The notes under the pieces: model-generated
Told to the model about the DNA's origin: nothing
What the model saw: the letters and a program-made list of their open reading frames with translations, nothing else
Database searches by the model: none
Program-made: the position numbers and the translations under genes
DNA from: Pseudomonadota bacterium
GTDB taxonomy: Bacteria; Pseudomonadota; Alphaproteobacteria; Sphingomonadales; Sphingomonadaceae
NCBI GenBank assembly: GCA_040385545.1
Contig: JAZKHF010000066.1
Span: 375 to 64,374 of the forward strand
Direction: 5' to 3'
Length of the DNA stretch: 64,000 bases
Shown here: piece by piece, positions 37,301 through 48,755 of the stretch
Layout: each line of letters opens with the position of its first letter
Numbering within the stretch: the stretch's first letter is position 1

Positions 37301-39235
37301 GCCGAGGCGCAGCGTCTCAATGACATTATCGAAGAGCGCAACGGCATCATCCAGAACAACGCGCGCTTCCTGGGCGAAGTGCGCGACGCCGGCCGCGACG
37401 CCATCCGGGCCTTCCTGGGCGGAGACCTTAAGGGTGGCATCAAGGGCTTCGCCAAGGCGGTGAAGAACGCATACCTGGACGCGAAGGCAAATGAGATCGC
37501 GATCAAGATCTTCGGCGATCCTGAGAAAAAATACATCGACAAGATGACCCGCGGTCTCGACGGCTCCGCCGAGCGGCTGGGCACCAGCGCTGACTCGCTG
37601 GGGAATGCGGCCGATGCGCTGGTGTCGGCGGCCGGCGCTATCCAGAATGGCGCGGCCGGCAGCGCTGCTCCCGACGTGGTGGCAGGGCCGGACGGCACGA
37701 TCTCAAGCTCGATGCTCGGCGGCAAACTGCTCGGCACGCTCAACGACATTTCCGGAGCGATCCAAGGAGCGAATGGATCGGGCCCGACAGAGACGTTCGA
37801 AGGTGACGACGGGCCGCCGATCGTTATCACGGGGAGCCGTAAGAAATCGCCGATCAGTCTGCCAGGTGGTATCGACTCAGTGCTGGGCGATCTGTTCGGT
37901 CAAATGAGCGGCGGCACCGCGACCGCGATTGCCGGCGCGATTTCATCAATCGTTGGAAAAGCGAAGCCCGGCGGCGGCAAAGTCGGGAACGCGCTTGGCA
38001 GCATTGCCGACATGGCCGGCCAGTTTGTCCCGCAGATCGCAGCCGGCAGGGCAATTGGCAGCGCGGTGAGTAAAATCATCGGCGTGCCAGAATTCGCCGG
38101 CGGCATTTTCGGTGTAGTCGGCAACGTGGTCGGTTCTGTCCTTGGTCTTACGAAGAAGCCGGCGGACAAGAAAGGCGTGGTTAAACTCTCGGCCGTCAAC
38201 GGATCGATCGTTGCAGGAAAGGCCACGGGCAACAGCAAAAAGTCCGAGGCCGGCGCGACCGATTTTGGCGATTCGGTATCGTCCGGGCTTCGCAACATCG
38301 CCGAAGCCCTGGACGCTACGATCGGGGCGTTTTCCGTTTCGGTCGGCATTCGCAATGGCCAGTATCGCGTCGATCCCACCGGCCGCGGCAAGACGAAGAA
38401 ATCCGCCGGCGCCAAGGACTTCGACGAAGACGCCGAGGCCGCTGTCCGCTTCGCCATTCTCGACGCTCTCAAGGATGGGGCGATCCAGGGGATCCGCGAG
38501 GGCACACAGCGCATCCTGAAAGCCGGGAAGGATCTCGACGAAGCGATCGAGAAGGCCGTGAAGTTCGAAGGCGTGTTCAAGGCATTGAAGCGCATCAAGG
38601 ATCCGGTCGGCGCGGCGATCGACGACGTGAACAAGAAGTTCGTCGATCTCATCGGCATCTTCAAGGAAGCCCAGGCGAGCGCCGCGGAGTGGGCGGACCT
38701 TGAAGAGCTCTATGGCTACGAACGAGCGGAAGCGATCAAGGAAGCCACCGCGAACGCGGTCAGTCAGATCGACGACTTTATCAAAGGCATCACGTCGGGC
38801 CCGGAAAGCCCGCTCAGCCGTCGCACGGTTTACGAAAATGCCAAGGCCGAAGTCGAAAAGTTCCGCGGCGATCTTGCGGCCGGAAAGCCGGTCGACCAGG
38901 ACGCTTTGATCGCGGCGCTCGAGAATTATCAGTCCGCTTCGGAAACGCTCAACGGCTCGCGTGAGCAATTCTACAAGGACTTCGCGGACATATTGGCGCT
39001 GGCGAACCAGGCCAAGGCGAATGTCCCCCAGCCGGGCACGGGCACCGGCACGCTTCCGCCGAGTCCGTTCGACGCGCTCCCCGCTATTGCCGAGCGAAAC
39101 ATCGTCATCGCCCAGGCCCAACTGACTGTGCTCGAGAAGATCCGTCAGGCCATTGAAGGCGGGCAACTGTCGATCGTCGATCTCCTGCCTGGTAATTTCA
39201 CGCTTCGCGACGATTCGAAGACGCGCGTTTTCTAA
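34349..39235 (+). CDS. Tail tape measure protein (likely start GTG 34361)
   Basis: About 1620 aa, Ala-rich helical; tape-measure domain AALVQFGQAL...EIQSILEQTP; LGGPWG. Confidence 0.93.
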   Translation: MEIKVRANRYVSYLAAEIEPKAISTLNEFERQASKVMEKIGAAQQRGTAGFANAALGTAPIRNVRQLGVAADEATRKIDRATTAQLRNASASSAMGTGFQRAAQALNVVQGPLGPLAGRLSALSEVMRNLTGLSLGSVLGGGSAFALGSIASQYQGVTDRLRPMFESQREFNKAMNDVVGIAQRTRQSLTPVVDIYASLTRTGKDAGLSQDRIGRLAETVSKAAQIGGGTQQGKEAALVQFGQALSGDFKTAGQEIQSILEQTPALAQALFDGLGIKGVGAFKKLAREGELSSELIVQALERSATAVDVQFSRIPKRIGTSLTELTTQFTLFVGRTDETVGATTLIAVALSGLANNLDLVAIAVATAGAAFAASSFAAGANALVNYGKAALTAVAASNQLRASVAAGNAVVIGSAEANRQRADYIQQGARAEESAARIASQSAAQHKVAIQSQISLLDKQIAAQRRVHESARLVDAASRASGGGGRPDLVKAATEDLNRSLRARILTEQQLVAVDAELAAADARLIAATNGLNAANIASVAANDAAAAATGRLARAKVVLQGAMTKVGAAASSLVGFLGGPWGVAFTLAAAAVAYLATRTNYAAEAARAFEGDQEGLARQLGFTTGELYKQGDAARSLAVDLAKINLLKAKQKRDDIADSASAELYKKGVTTTTSLADTVKINQLGRVIQRTGGLSDRGYSELSALIKKYPSLKEDPEFQQTIIGLRVGAAQFRDAIADANKTVGELAKPRAALAPLVGGGGGGKPETAAERRARLNREAAVDGASGELARARAELSKAKAEGPGKDETDAAYVDRIAAMTRGVKALADAEKGGTAARNSGTAALARMNREIESASDKRDRLLGIMDRYTEDTPIKRLEKIRDEAEKAKRAIDDLIGEKVEGYKGAFTADDAAAAKARIDEGVARMGEQPLTDALEQGREQLKILGLQARGQGNLAELTQKRIDLEKTMKPLSEDQIDDLRSQQAEAQRLNDIIEERNGIIQNNARFLGEVRDAGRDAIRAFLGGDLKGGIKGFAKAVKNAYLDAKANEIAIKIFGDPEKKYIDKMTRGLDGSAERLGTSADSLGNAADALVSAAGAIQNGAAGSAAPDVVAGPDGTISSSMLGGKLLGTLNDISGAIQGANGSGPTETFEGDDGPPIVITGSRKKSPISLPGGIDSVLGDLFGQMSGGTATAIAGAISSIVGKAKPGGGKVGNALGSIADMAGQFVPQIAAGRAIGSAVSKIIGVPEFAGGIFGVVGNVVGSVLGLTKKPADKKGVVKLSAVNGSIVAGKATGNSKKSEAGATDFGDSVSSGLRNIAEALDATIGAFSVSVGIRNGQYRVDPTGRGKTKKSAGAKDFDEDAEAAVRFAILDALKDGAIQGIREGTQRILKAGKDLDEAIEKAVKFEGVFKALKRIKDPVGAAIDDVNKKFVDLIGIFKEAQASAAEWADLEELYGYERAEAIKEATANAVSQIDDFIKGITSGPESPLSRRTVYENAKAEVEKFRGDLAAGKPVDQDALIAALENYQSASETLNGSREQFYKDFADILALANQAKANVPQPGTGTGTLPPSPFDALPAIAERNIVIAQAQLTVLEKIRQAIEGGQLSIVDLLPGNFTLRDDSKTRVF

Positions 39236-39275
39236 CCCACTCGCCTAGCGACGCTGTCTGAGGCATAAGTCCGCC

Positions 39276-41980
<2,705 letters not shown>

Positions 41981-41981
<1 letters not shown>

Positions 41982-42250
41982 TGGATTTCGAGACGGCCTG
42001 GACCGAATTGGCGATCGACGATCGGGTTGCGGTTTCGAACGGCCAGCCGCCGCCGAGCGCCAACCAGGAAGGCATTCCCTACAAGGCGTGGAAGAGCCAC
42101 AATTTCACGGGCGAGCTTCAAGAGAAGAAGACCGTGCTAGGCTGGCGCTACATGGTCTTCAAACTGGACGACGATGACAGTCCCGATGAAGTAGATCTCA
42201 TGTGCTATACCGTCTCCGAGGGCGCGGGCCACTCGTTCGTGGTGGAATGA
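41981..42250 (+). CDS. Small protein coupled to the fibre gene
   Basis: TGATG overlap. Confidence 0.6.
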
Positions 42251-42315
42251 AACGGCTGACTCTGGCGTAGTTTTTCGCTAACGACGAAGCATCACTCCTT
42301 GCGACGGAGCAACAA

Positions 42316-42918
42316 ATGGGTTTTCGCCTTCCCCGCCACTCTGGAACGCTGCTGATCGTCGCTCTTGCGGTCGTGATTATATTTTCGTTCTCGACTCTGT
42401 TCGGGCAGCAGACAATCTCTGACCAGGTGGCGCAGCGCTACGAGATCCCGCCATCGTTCAACGGCCATCGCGTTCTCTTCGGCCTCAACCTTGCCTTCGT
42501 GCTCAGCATGGCGCTGCTCTCGGCCGGGACGATCCTTGAAAATGCCCGCTGGCTTTTCTCATTCTCCGGCCGCTGGCACGAGCCTTCTAAGGTTGTTGTA
42601 GTCAACGAATCGCTGATGCTCGCCACGATCTTTTGCGGCGTGCTCGGCAATTGCCTGGTCTTGCTCGCTTGGGGCGAAGAGGGAGCGCCGGGACAAACCA
42701 CGCTTGTCACGCTCGACCGGGTTCTGGACATTATCGCTGGCCTTTTCCTCTTCACTTCACTCGTTCGCCGCATCCGATCGCGCCCTGTTGTGCTTTTCCA
42801 TTTGCAACGAGAGCCCCTTGACCTGAATATGAGCCCAACCTGGGCGCAGTTGGCACCGAAGCTCAGGATCGCGATTGTCGTGGTGGCGCTGAGTTTTGGA
42901 GTGGCGTTTGCAAAATGA
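42316..42918 (+). CDS. Multi-TM membrane protein
   Basis: About five hydrophobic segments; GGAG RBS. Confidence 0.7.
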   Translation: MGFRLPRHSGTLLIVALAVVIIFSFSTLFGQQTISDQVAQRYEIPPSFNGHRVLFGLNLAFVLSMALLSAGTILENARWLFSFSGRWHEPSKVVVVNESLMLATIFCGVLGNCLVLLAWGEEGAPGQTTLVTLDRVLDIIAGLFLFTSLVRRIRSRPVVLFHLQREPLDLNMSPTWAQLAPKLRIAIVVVALSFGVAFAK

Positions 42919-43301
42919 ACAGCAAGGCGCTCGCACCAGCGTCAGGGTTGGCGTGGTGGAGCGCTGACGCACTGATAATTTTCGGGATCACGGTCCCGAT
43001 CCTCCCAATGGTGATCGGCATGACCGGCCTCTGGGTAGGGCGTGAGCTCGTCCGCAACCGCGCCAAGAAGATGACGAAGCGCGAGTCGGTCTTCGTCAAC
43101 GTCGGTCTCGCTCTGCTCACCTTCCTCGTCATCACCGGGAAGCTCGTGGTGAGCCAGCCGCTCGAGGTCGGCTGGGCTCTGGTCTGGGGAATTGGGATTG
43201 GGATGAACGGCCCGGTCCTGTTCGAGATCTTCCAGCGCTTCACCTATGCGATCGCCACGTCGACCTTTCGCCCGCCGCCAGAACCGCCGTCGACGCGATA
43301 G
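42915..43301 (+). CDS. Three-TM membrane protein (holin candidate)
   Basis: Three hydrophobic segments, GIGIGMNG, ATGA coupling. Confidence 0.55.
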   Translation: MNSKALAPASGLAWWSADALIIFGITVPILPMVIGMTGLWVGRELVRNRAKKMTKRESVFVNVGLALLTFLVITGKLVVSQPLEVGWALVWGIGIGMNGPVLFEIFQRFTYAIATSTFRPPPEPPSTR

Positions 43302-43347
43302 CGTTGCGCGCGGTTCGTCAGTATAGGTAACGGAGAAGGGATTGCCG

Positions 43348-43731
43348 ATGCCAGTCGTGACCGCCACACCGGCCAGGATCCGCCGCTCGAGGCGCGACGC
43401 CGAATATGCCCGCGTCACCAACGCCGGCATCCTCACCCTCAATCCGATCGCAGCTGATGGTTTCGCAGACGTCCAGGAAACCTTCTTCGACTCGACCGAT
43501 GACGCCCAGGTGCTTCTGACGGAGAAGTCGACCTATCTCATGGCGCACCGCGTTCACCTTGGCATTGAAGCCGCCGCGTCGTTCGGGATGGGGAGCGCGA
43601 TCGCTATCTCTCCCACGCTGCCCAAGGCCAGGGTGCTCGACCGCGAAGCCGAGCTCGACCGCAACCTGATGGTCAAAGGCATGGCGCGAGATCTCCACAC
43701 CGATCGCGATTCGCTCGAGCTCATCGGATGA
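43348..43731 (+). CDS. Putative minor tail protein
   Basis: ETFFDSTDDAQ motif, tail-region synteny. Confidence 0.55.
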   Translation: MPVVTATPARIRRSRRDAEYARVTNAGILTLNPIAADGFADVQETFFDSTDDAQVLLTEKSTYLMAHRVHLGIEAAASFGMGSAIAISPTLPKARVLDREAELDRNLMVKGMARDLHTDRDSLELIG

Positions 43732-44798
43732 CGGCGCTCGCGTTCACGTCGCGCACCGATGCCCAGATCGTGCTCGCGCTCACGGCTGGCGGCGGCGAGA
43801 CGCAATTTGAAGTCGAAGCGAACCGCCAGCCTGATTTCTCGAGCGACGATTCGCTGGTCAAGACCGGGCTCGCGGCGGGCGCGGTGACATTCACGGGCTT
43901 GCCCGCCGAAACACCCTTTTGGTTCCGGGGAAGGTCGACCAATGGCGGCGTCAAGGGGCCGTGGTCCCTGCTGCTGCTGCAAGCGACCGCGGTGCCCGCC
44001 GCTCCCGCCGCCTATACCGGCTATTCTATCGAGCCGGCGATCCTCGTCGTGCCCGAAGCGCTGTCTCAGATGCAATGCGCCGCGGCCGACGCTGGTTCGA
44101 CGGCCGACAACCTCAACAACGACGATCCGCTTTCCGTCCTTCGTTCGTCCAGCGGTTCGCTCTCGATCATCTTCAACACCGGCGGCGTCCCGCTGGACGT
44201 GATTGCGCTCTTGGGCACGATGGCCAACGACGGCGCGACATGGCGCATTCGCTGCGCGTCCAGCCAGGCCAACTTGACCGCGTCGCCGACGATGGACACC
44301 GGCACCGTGGCCCTTCGCGTCAGCACGGGGATCGGCCGGCGCCCCAGCTATCACGCGTATCGCCGGCTGAGCGCGAGCCGAACCGATGCCTGGTGGCAGA
44401 TCGACATTGTCCACACCGCGCCTCAGTTCATCGCTCGCCACCTGGTCGTTGGTCTCGCGAGGCAAAGCGTCAACTATTCGCGCGGTGCAGGAGCGGTGCC
44501 GATGGATCTTGGCCAGATGGCGCGAACGACGTTCGGCGCTCCCGATCGCACGCCAGGATGGCGGGGAAGACAGGTCGACTTTGCGCTCTCGTGGTTGAGC
44601 GAGACAGAATATGAGACAAAATGGTCGCGGCTGGACCAGCTGGTCGGGACCACGTTCCCGGTGCTCGCCCTGCCTAACCCCAAGGCCAATCTCTACCTTA
44701 ACGATCGCATCGCCTACGGTCACATCACGGGGATGCGCGGCGAGAACGTCCGCGATGCCAAGTGGTCGAAGTCTCTGGATATTGCCTCGCTCTACTGA
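43728..44798 (+). CDS. Putative tail/baseplate protein with FnIII-like N-terminus
   Basis: TFTGLPAETPFWFRGRS...GPWS. Confidence 0.6.
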   Translation: MTALAFTSRTDAQIVLALTAGGGETQFEVEANRQPDFSSDDSLVKTGLAAGAVTFTGLPAETPFWFRGRSTNGGVKGPWSLLLLQATAVPAAPAAYTGYSIEPAILVVPEALSQMQCAAADAGSTADNLNNDDPLSVLRSSSGSLSIIFNTGGVPLDVIALLGTMANDGATWRIRCASSQANLTASPTMDTGTVALRVSTGIGRRPSYHAYRRLSASRTDAWWQIDIVHTAPQFIARHLVVGLARQSVNYSRGAGAVPMDLGQMARTTFGAPDRTPGWRGRQVDFALSWLSETEYETKWSRLDQLVGTTFPVLALPNPKANLYLNDRIAYGHITGMRGENVRDAKWSKSLDIASLY

Positions 44799-44799
44799 G

Positions 44800-44880
44800 C
44801 GTCCTGGGTGGACCGGCCATGTTGTCAAGCACATGACCGGCCCACCACTCGGTCGACGCACGGGCAGCGCAGCCAACGGG
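44800..44880 (-). ncRNA. Candidate small RNA
   Basis: TGGACT-N17-CATATA(AT) upstream on - strand; 16-bp hairpin 44807-44846 fully paired (2 G-U) only on - strand. Confidence 0.4.
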
Positions 44881-44990
44881 CCGATTATATGGCATCGCCC
44901 TTCACGGTAGTCCAGCGCTTCGTTCGTTCGTTGAAGCGAGACAAAAGGCGTCCGACGTGATAGCTCGAACGCGCCAGAGGGAGCTCGCCG

Positions 44991-45317
44991 GTGCCGACGA
45001 TCCAAGAAAGCCTGACGACGATCCGCGACGCCGCGCACATCAACGCACACGCGCTCGAATTGATCGCCACTGAGGCCGAAGAATTCTACGAGACGATTAG
45101 GACGTGGCCTGACTCTAGCGTCAAGCGCGATATGCTGGCGCAGCTGGCGACGACCATCACCGCGTTCCGCACCGCTCAGCGCGAGGCCAACGACCTTAAG
45201 ACGGTATCGCAGGAAGGTCTGCAGAGCTCGAGCAACGATCCCGTGCCGTTGCCGCCGCCTTATCCTGACATTCCCAGCGCTGGCGGCACGGCTCAGTGGT
45301 CCGTGAGGGATTGGTAG
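44991..45317 (+). CDS. Hypothetical protein
   Basis: GAGGGAG RBS, abuts next gene. Confidence 0.6.
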   Translation: MPTIQESLTTIRDAAHINAHALELIATEAEEFYETIRTWPDSSVKRDMLAQLATTITAFRTAQREANDLKTVSQEGLQSSSNDPVPLPPPYPDIPSAGGTAQWSVRDW

Positions 45318-45794
45318 ATGGCGCTCGGCGTTCGCTTTGAAGCCGTCGACGAGCTCCCGCTTATCCTGACGCCCGGCACGCTCTACTTTCGCAAGCGGGT
45401 GGACGGGGAATTCGACCTCGTGACGCCAGAGATCGACGGCTCCCCTGTCTTCGCGCGCCGCCCGCATCTGCAGATGGCCTTCGAAGCGAGCGGTGTGTTC
45501 ATTCCAGCCGGCGAGGAGATCGGCCGCTACCTCACCGTCGAAGATATCGAGCTCGACGCGTTGCTCAGCGGCGCGGTCTCGGCGACGCCGGCGACGGACG
45601 AACGAGATTTCACGATCCACCGCGGCGTCGACCTCGTCGCCCGCTTCCGTTTCCCGGCCGGGCAGAGCCAGGCGCAAGTCCTGATCCTCATGCCCACTGT
45701 GCCGATGAACAATCTTCTGATATTTCGAACCCCGTCGTCGTCGGACGCGACGTTGAGCGGCGTTACGGGCACGCTTGGAGCTCGAAGGACTTAA
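45318..45794 (+). CDS. Putative virion accessory protein
   Basis: Beta-rich, tail-region synteny. Confidence 0.55.
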   Translation: MALGVRFEAVDELPLILTPGTLYFRKRVDGEFDLVTPEIDGSPVFARRPHLQMAFEASGVFIPAGEEIGRYLTVEDIELDALLSGAVSATPATDERDFTIHRGVDLVARFRFPAGQSQAQVLILMPTVPMNNLLIFRTPSSSDATLSGVTGTLGARRT

Positions 45795-45805
45795 GGGAGA
45801 CCAAC

Positions 45806-46216
45806 ATGACCGTGCAAATTGCAGACTCGATCGCAAACGCCATGCTCGACTCGTGGGAATCCGCGATCGGGACCACGCCGAAGCTCCGCATCCGCACCGG
45901 CGCTCCGCCGGCGAACGTAGCCGCCGCGTCGACGGGCACCATCCTTGTCGAAATCGATCTCCCTTCGGACTGGATGGCCGCGGCGGCGGCGCGTTCGAAG
46001 GCCGCTCAGGGTAGTTGGGTTGACGCCGCCGCGAACAACCCCGGCACGGCTGGCCATTATGAGATCGTCAAGGCCGATGGCACGACGCGCCAGGAGCAAG
46101 GCACCGTGACGGCCACGGGCGGCGGCGGCGACATGACGATCGACAACGTCGTCATCGCGGTCGGACAACAGGTTACGGTCACGAGCTTCACGCGCTCGAT
46201 GCCCAACAACGCATAA
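45806..46216 (+). CDS. Conserved virion structural protein
   Basis: ANAMLD...LRIRTGAPPA...QGTVTATGGGGDMTIDN...VTVTSF pattern. Confidence 0.7.
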   Translation: MTVQIADSIANAMLDSWESAIGTTPKLRIRTGAPPANVAAASTGTILVEIDLPSDWMAAAAARSKAAQGSWVDAAANNPGTAGHYEIVKADGTTRQEQGTVTATGGGGDMTIDNVVIAVGQQVTVTSFTRSMPNNA

Positions 46217-46226
46217 GGAAAACGCC

Positions 46227-47762
46227 ATGCGCGCGCTTGCCCTCGCTTTCCTCGCCCTCTTCGGCTGTGCCACGGTCCCGGTCTCGGCCGCGACACCGCC
46301 GAGCTTCACCGTCGACAATGCCACCGTCGACGAGAACGCCGGCGTGGTGGCGGTCACGGTTCGCAAGCACGGCTCGAAGAGCAATTTACCGTCGACGATC
46401 AGCTATCAGACCGTCGACGGGAGCGCGACGAACGACAATGAATATAAGATGGCGGCCGGGCAGCTGACTTTCGCGCCGGCCGAAACGCGCAAGACGATCA
46501 CAGTTACGCTCATCAACGACAACGATCCGGGCCCGACGACCACGTTCGGAATGCGAATCCGAACCGTATCAAACGCTCGCCTCTACGACGCGAACGCGAC
46601 CTTGACCGTTACGGATGGCGACTTGGCGCCGCCGCCGGTGCCGACAACGAAAGTCTGTCCCGATGGCATGGTGGTTCTCTACGTCGAGCCTTGCCCTCCG
46701 CCGCCGCTCGCCTTCGACGGCGTCACCTTCCCGGCGCCGGTGATTCCAAGCGAGTTCGACTTCGCGCTTGGGCTGAAAACCAACAGCGGGGTTCCAAAGA
46801 GCGCCTTGCCGGACATGAACGGTGCCTTCCGCCTCATCTGCAAGGCGGGGCAGCTGAATAATGACGATCCACTGGTCTACCCTGGCCAGCCGGGCGCGTC
46901 GCATCTTCACCAGTTTTTCGGCAACCTTCTCGCCAATGCTCACTCTACGTATGAGTCGCTTCGCAAGACCGGCCGTTCGACGTGCGCGGAGGGCGATTAC
47001 CCGGTCAATCGCTCCGCTTACTGGATGCCCGCGATGCTTGACGGCACCGGCGGCGTCGTTCGTCCGGACTATGTGTCCGTCTATTACAAGCGGCGCTCGG
47101 CCGACGATCCCTATTGCAACCCTGAGATCGAGCCGCGCGCGATCGGCAAGTGCGTCGAGCTTCCCAACGGTCTCTCGTTCGTCATGGGTTTCGATTACAC
47201 CGGGCGCACTTACGTCAAGACCGGCTCGCATTATTTCAACTGCTCTGGCCCGACGGCGATCCCCGCTCACTATCCGGACATGGCGAACGTCGAGACCTGG
47301 TGTCCGTCGACGCCGACGAATGGCGTCTACAACAAACTCGGCGCGATCATTGAGGCGCCGGCGTGCTGGGAGGGCAAGCGCCTCGCGAGCGCGAACCAGC
47401 GCGATCACGTTTCCTATGTCAGCTACATCAACGGCGTTAAGAAGTGCCCGGACACGCATCCTTATGTCATTCCTGCTTTCCAGATGGGAGTTTGGTATAC
47501 GGTGGATCCCACCCTTAAAACTTGGCGGCTGAGCTCGGATGACATGGTCCCGGGTGCCGTTCCCGGGTCGACGTTTCACGCCGACTTCATGGCGGCCTGG
47601 GACGAGGAAGTGAAGAAGCTCTGGCATGAGCATTGCATCCGCAAGGCGCTGAATTGCTCGGGCGGCGACCTTGGCAACGGCCAGTCGATCTTCGCGGCGC
47701 ACGGATCTCCGTTCAAGGCCGATCCGCGCAAGGTGCCGGTGCCGCCGCGTCCGGCGAGCTAG
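46227..47762 (+). CDS. Lipoprotein with Calx-beta and DUF1996 domains
   Basis: Lipobox LFGC; YQTVDGSA...LTFAPAET; DPLVYPGQPGASHLHQFFGN, SAYWMP, FHADF. Confidence 0.82.
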   Translation: MRALALAFLALFGCATVPVSAATPPSFTVDNATVDENAGVVAVTVRKHGSKSNLPSTISYQTVDGSATNDNEYKMAAGQLTFAPAETRKTITVTLINDNDPGPTTTFGMRIRTVSNARLYDANATLTVTDGDLAPPPVPTTKVCPDGMVVLYVEPCPPPPLAFDGVTFPAPVIPSEFDFALGLKTNSGVPKSALPDMNGAFRLICKAGQLNNDDPLVYPGQPGASHLHQFFGNLLANAHSTYESLRKTGRSTCAEGDYPVNRSAYWMPAMLDGTGGVVRPDYVSVYYKRRSADDPYCNPEIEPRAIGKCVELPNGLSFVMGFDYTGRTYVKTGSHYFNCSGPTAIPAHYPDMANVETWCPSTPTNGVYNKLGAIIEAPACWEGKRLASANQRDHVSYVSYINGVKKCPDTHPYVIPAFQMGVWYTVDPTLKTWRLSSDDMVPGAVPGSTFHADFMAAWDEEVKKLWHEHCIRKALNCSGGDLGNGQSIFAAHGSPFKADPRKVPVPPRPAS

Positions 47763-48752
47763 GTGTTCGTCGGCCCTATCAAAACGACGGTCGCGTCGGT
47801 TGCCTCCGCGGGTCTCGGCGCCATCACACCCGGCGCGTCGGTCGACGGCGGCCTGACGTTCAGCGAAGCGATCCCCTCCTGCCACTATCTCTTCCGCGTC
47901 GAGAACAGTCAGACGGAATGGGAGAATTTCTACGGCTGGTGGAACGGAACGACCATCAGTCGCGCGGCTTCCCAACGGGTCTCGAGCAGCACCGGCGCAC
48001 AGATCACCGTCACGACTGCCTCCAAGGTGATGATCGTTATCGATCCCGACGACGTGATGCCTGGTCTTGGCTCGGGGAAGTGGGGCATTTGGAACGCGCC
48101 GTTCAACTCGACGTCAGTGCATAATCACGGCATTGCAGCCCCTACGGCGACAGGCACGGCGGCGGCGGTAAACTGCTCCAACACCGGCTTGCAGACGATG
48201 AGCGGTGCCGTCCAATATACCTCGGCCGCCTCGAACGGCGCGATCGTCAGCCTTGGCACCAGCAGTCAGACGATGCGCCACACTACAGCCGGACGCGGTG
48301 GCTTCGATATGAGGTCGCGTTGGGGACCATTAACCCTTCCGGTCAATTCGCGCCTGATGATCGGAGCGATCGCTACCCAGATCACGACCACTGAGCCTAG
48401 CGCTTCGGTCAACTGCGCGATGTTCGCCAAGGACAGCACCGATACGAACATTCAATTCATGGTCAACGATGCTTCCGGCGTTTGCACCAAGGTCGACACC
48501 GGGTTCGCGCCGGCTGGAAGCGCCGACGTCGTCTATGAAATGAGTGTCTTCTGCCCGATGGGCGGAGGATATGTTCGGCCGATGTTTTTCCGGCTGGACA
48601 ACGGCGATTGTTGGGTCGGGGCGCCTATCACGACCAACTTGCCCGCCAGCGGCACGGTGCTCGGGCCTCAGGTGGGCTTTGGTTCCGCGCCGGCCGCGAC
48701 GGTTTCGAGCGTAATGCGGTTCAATTCGATGTATCTCAAGAACGGATTCTAG
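47763..48752 (+). CDS. Putative virion fibre/lectin-like protein
   Basis: TEWENFYGWW...TISR N-terminal module, beta-rich C-terminus. Confidence 0.6.
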   Translation: MFVGPIKTTVASVASAGLGAITPGASVDGGLTFSEAIPSCHYLFRVENSQTEWENFYGWWNGTTISRAASQRVSSSTGAQITVTTASKVMIVIDPDDVMPGLGSGKWGIWNAPFNSTSVHNHGIAAPTATGTAAAVNCSNTGLQTMSGAVQYTSAASNGAIVSLGTSSQTMRHTTAGRGGFDMRSRWGPLTLPVNSRLMIGAIATQITTTEPSASVNCAMFAKDSTDTNIQFMVNDASGVCTKVDTGFAPAGSADVVYEMSVFCPMGGGYVRPMFFRLDNGDCWVGAPITTNLPASGTVLGPQVGFGSAPAATVSSVMRFNSMYLKNGF

Positions 48753-48755
48753 GTC

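Noticed and set aside
43554-45836. 760-aa minus-strand ORF, and similar long ORFs at 8324-9595, 20211-21623, 37946-39166 and 46569-47975
   Set aside because: Antisense shadows of well-supported genes in GC-rich DNA; Arg-rich, no motifs
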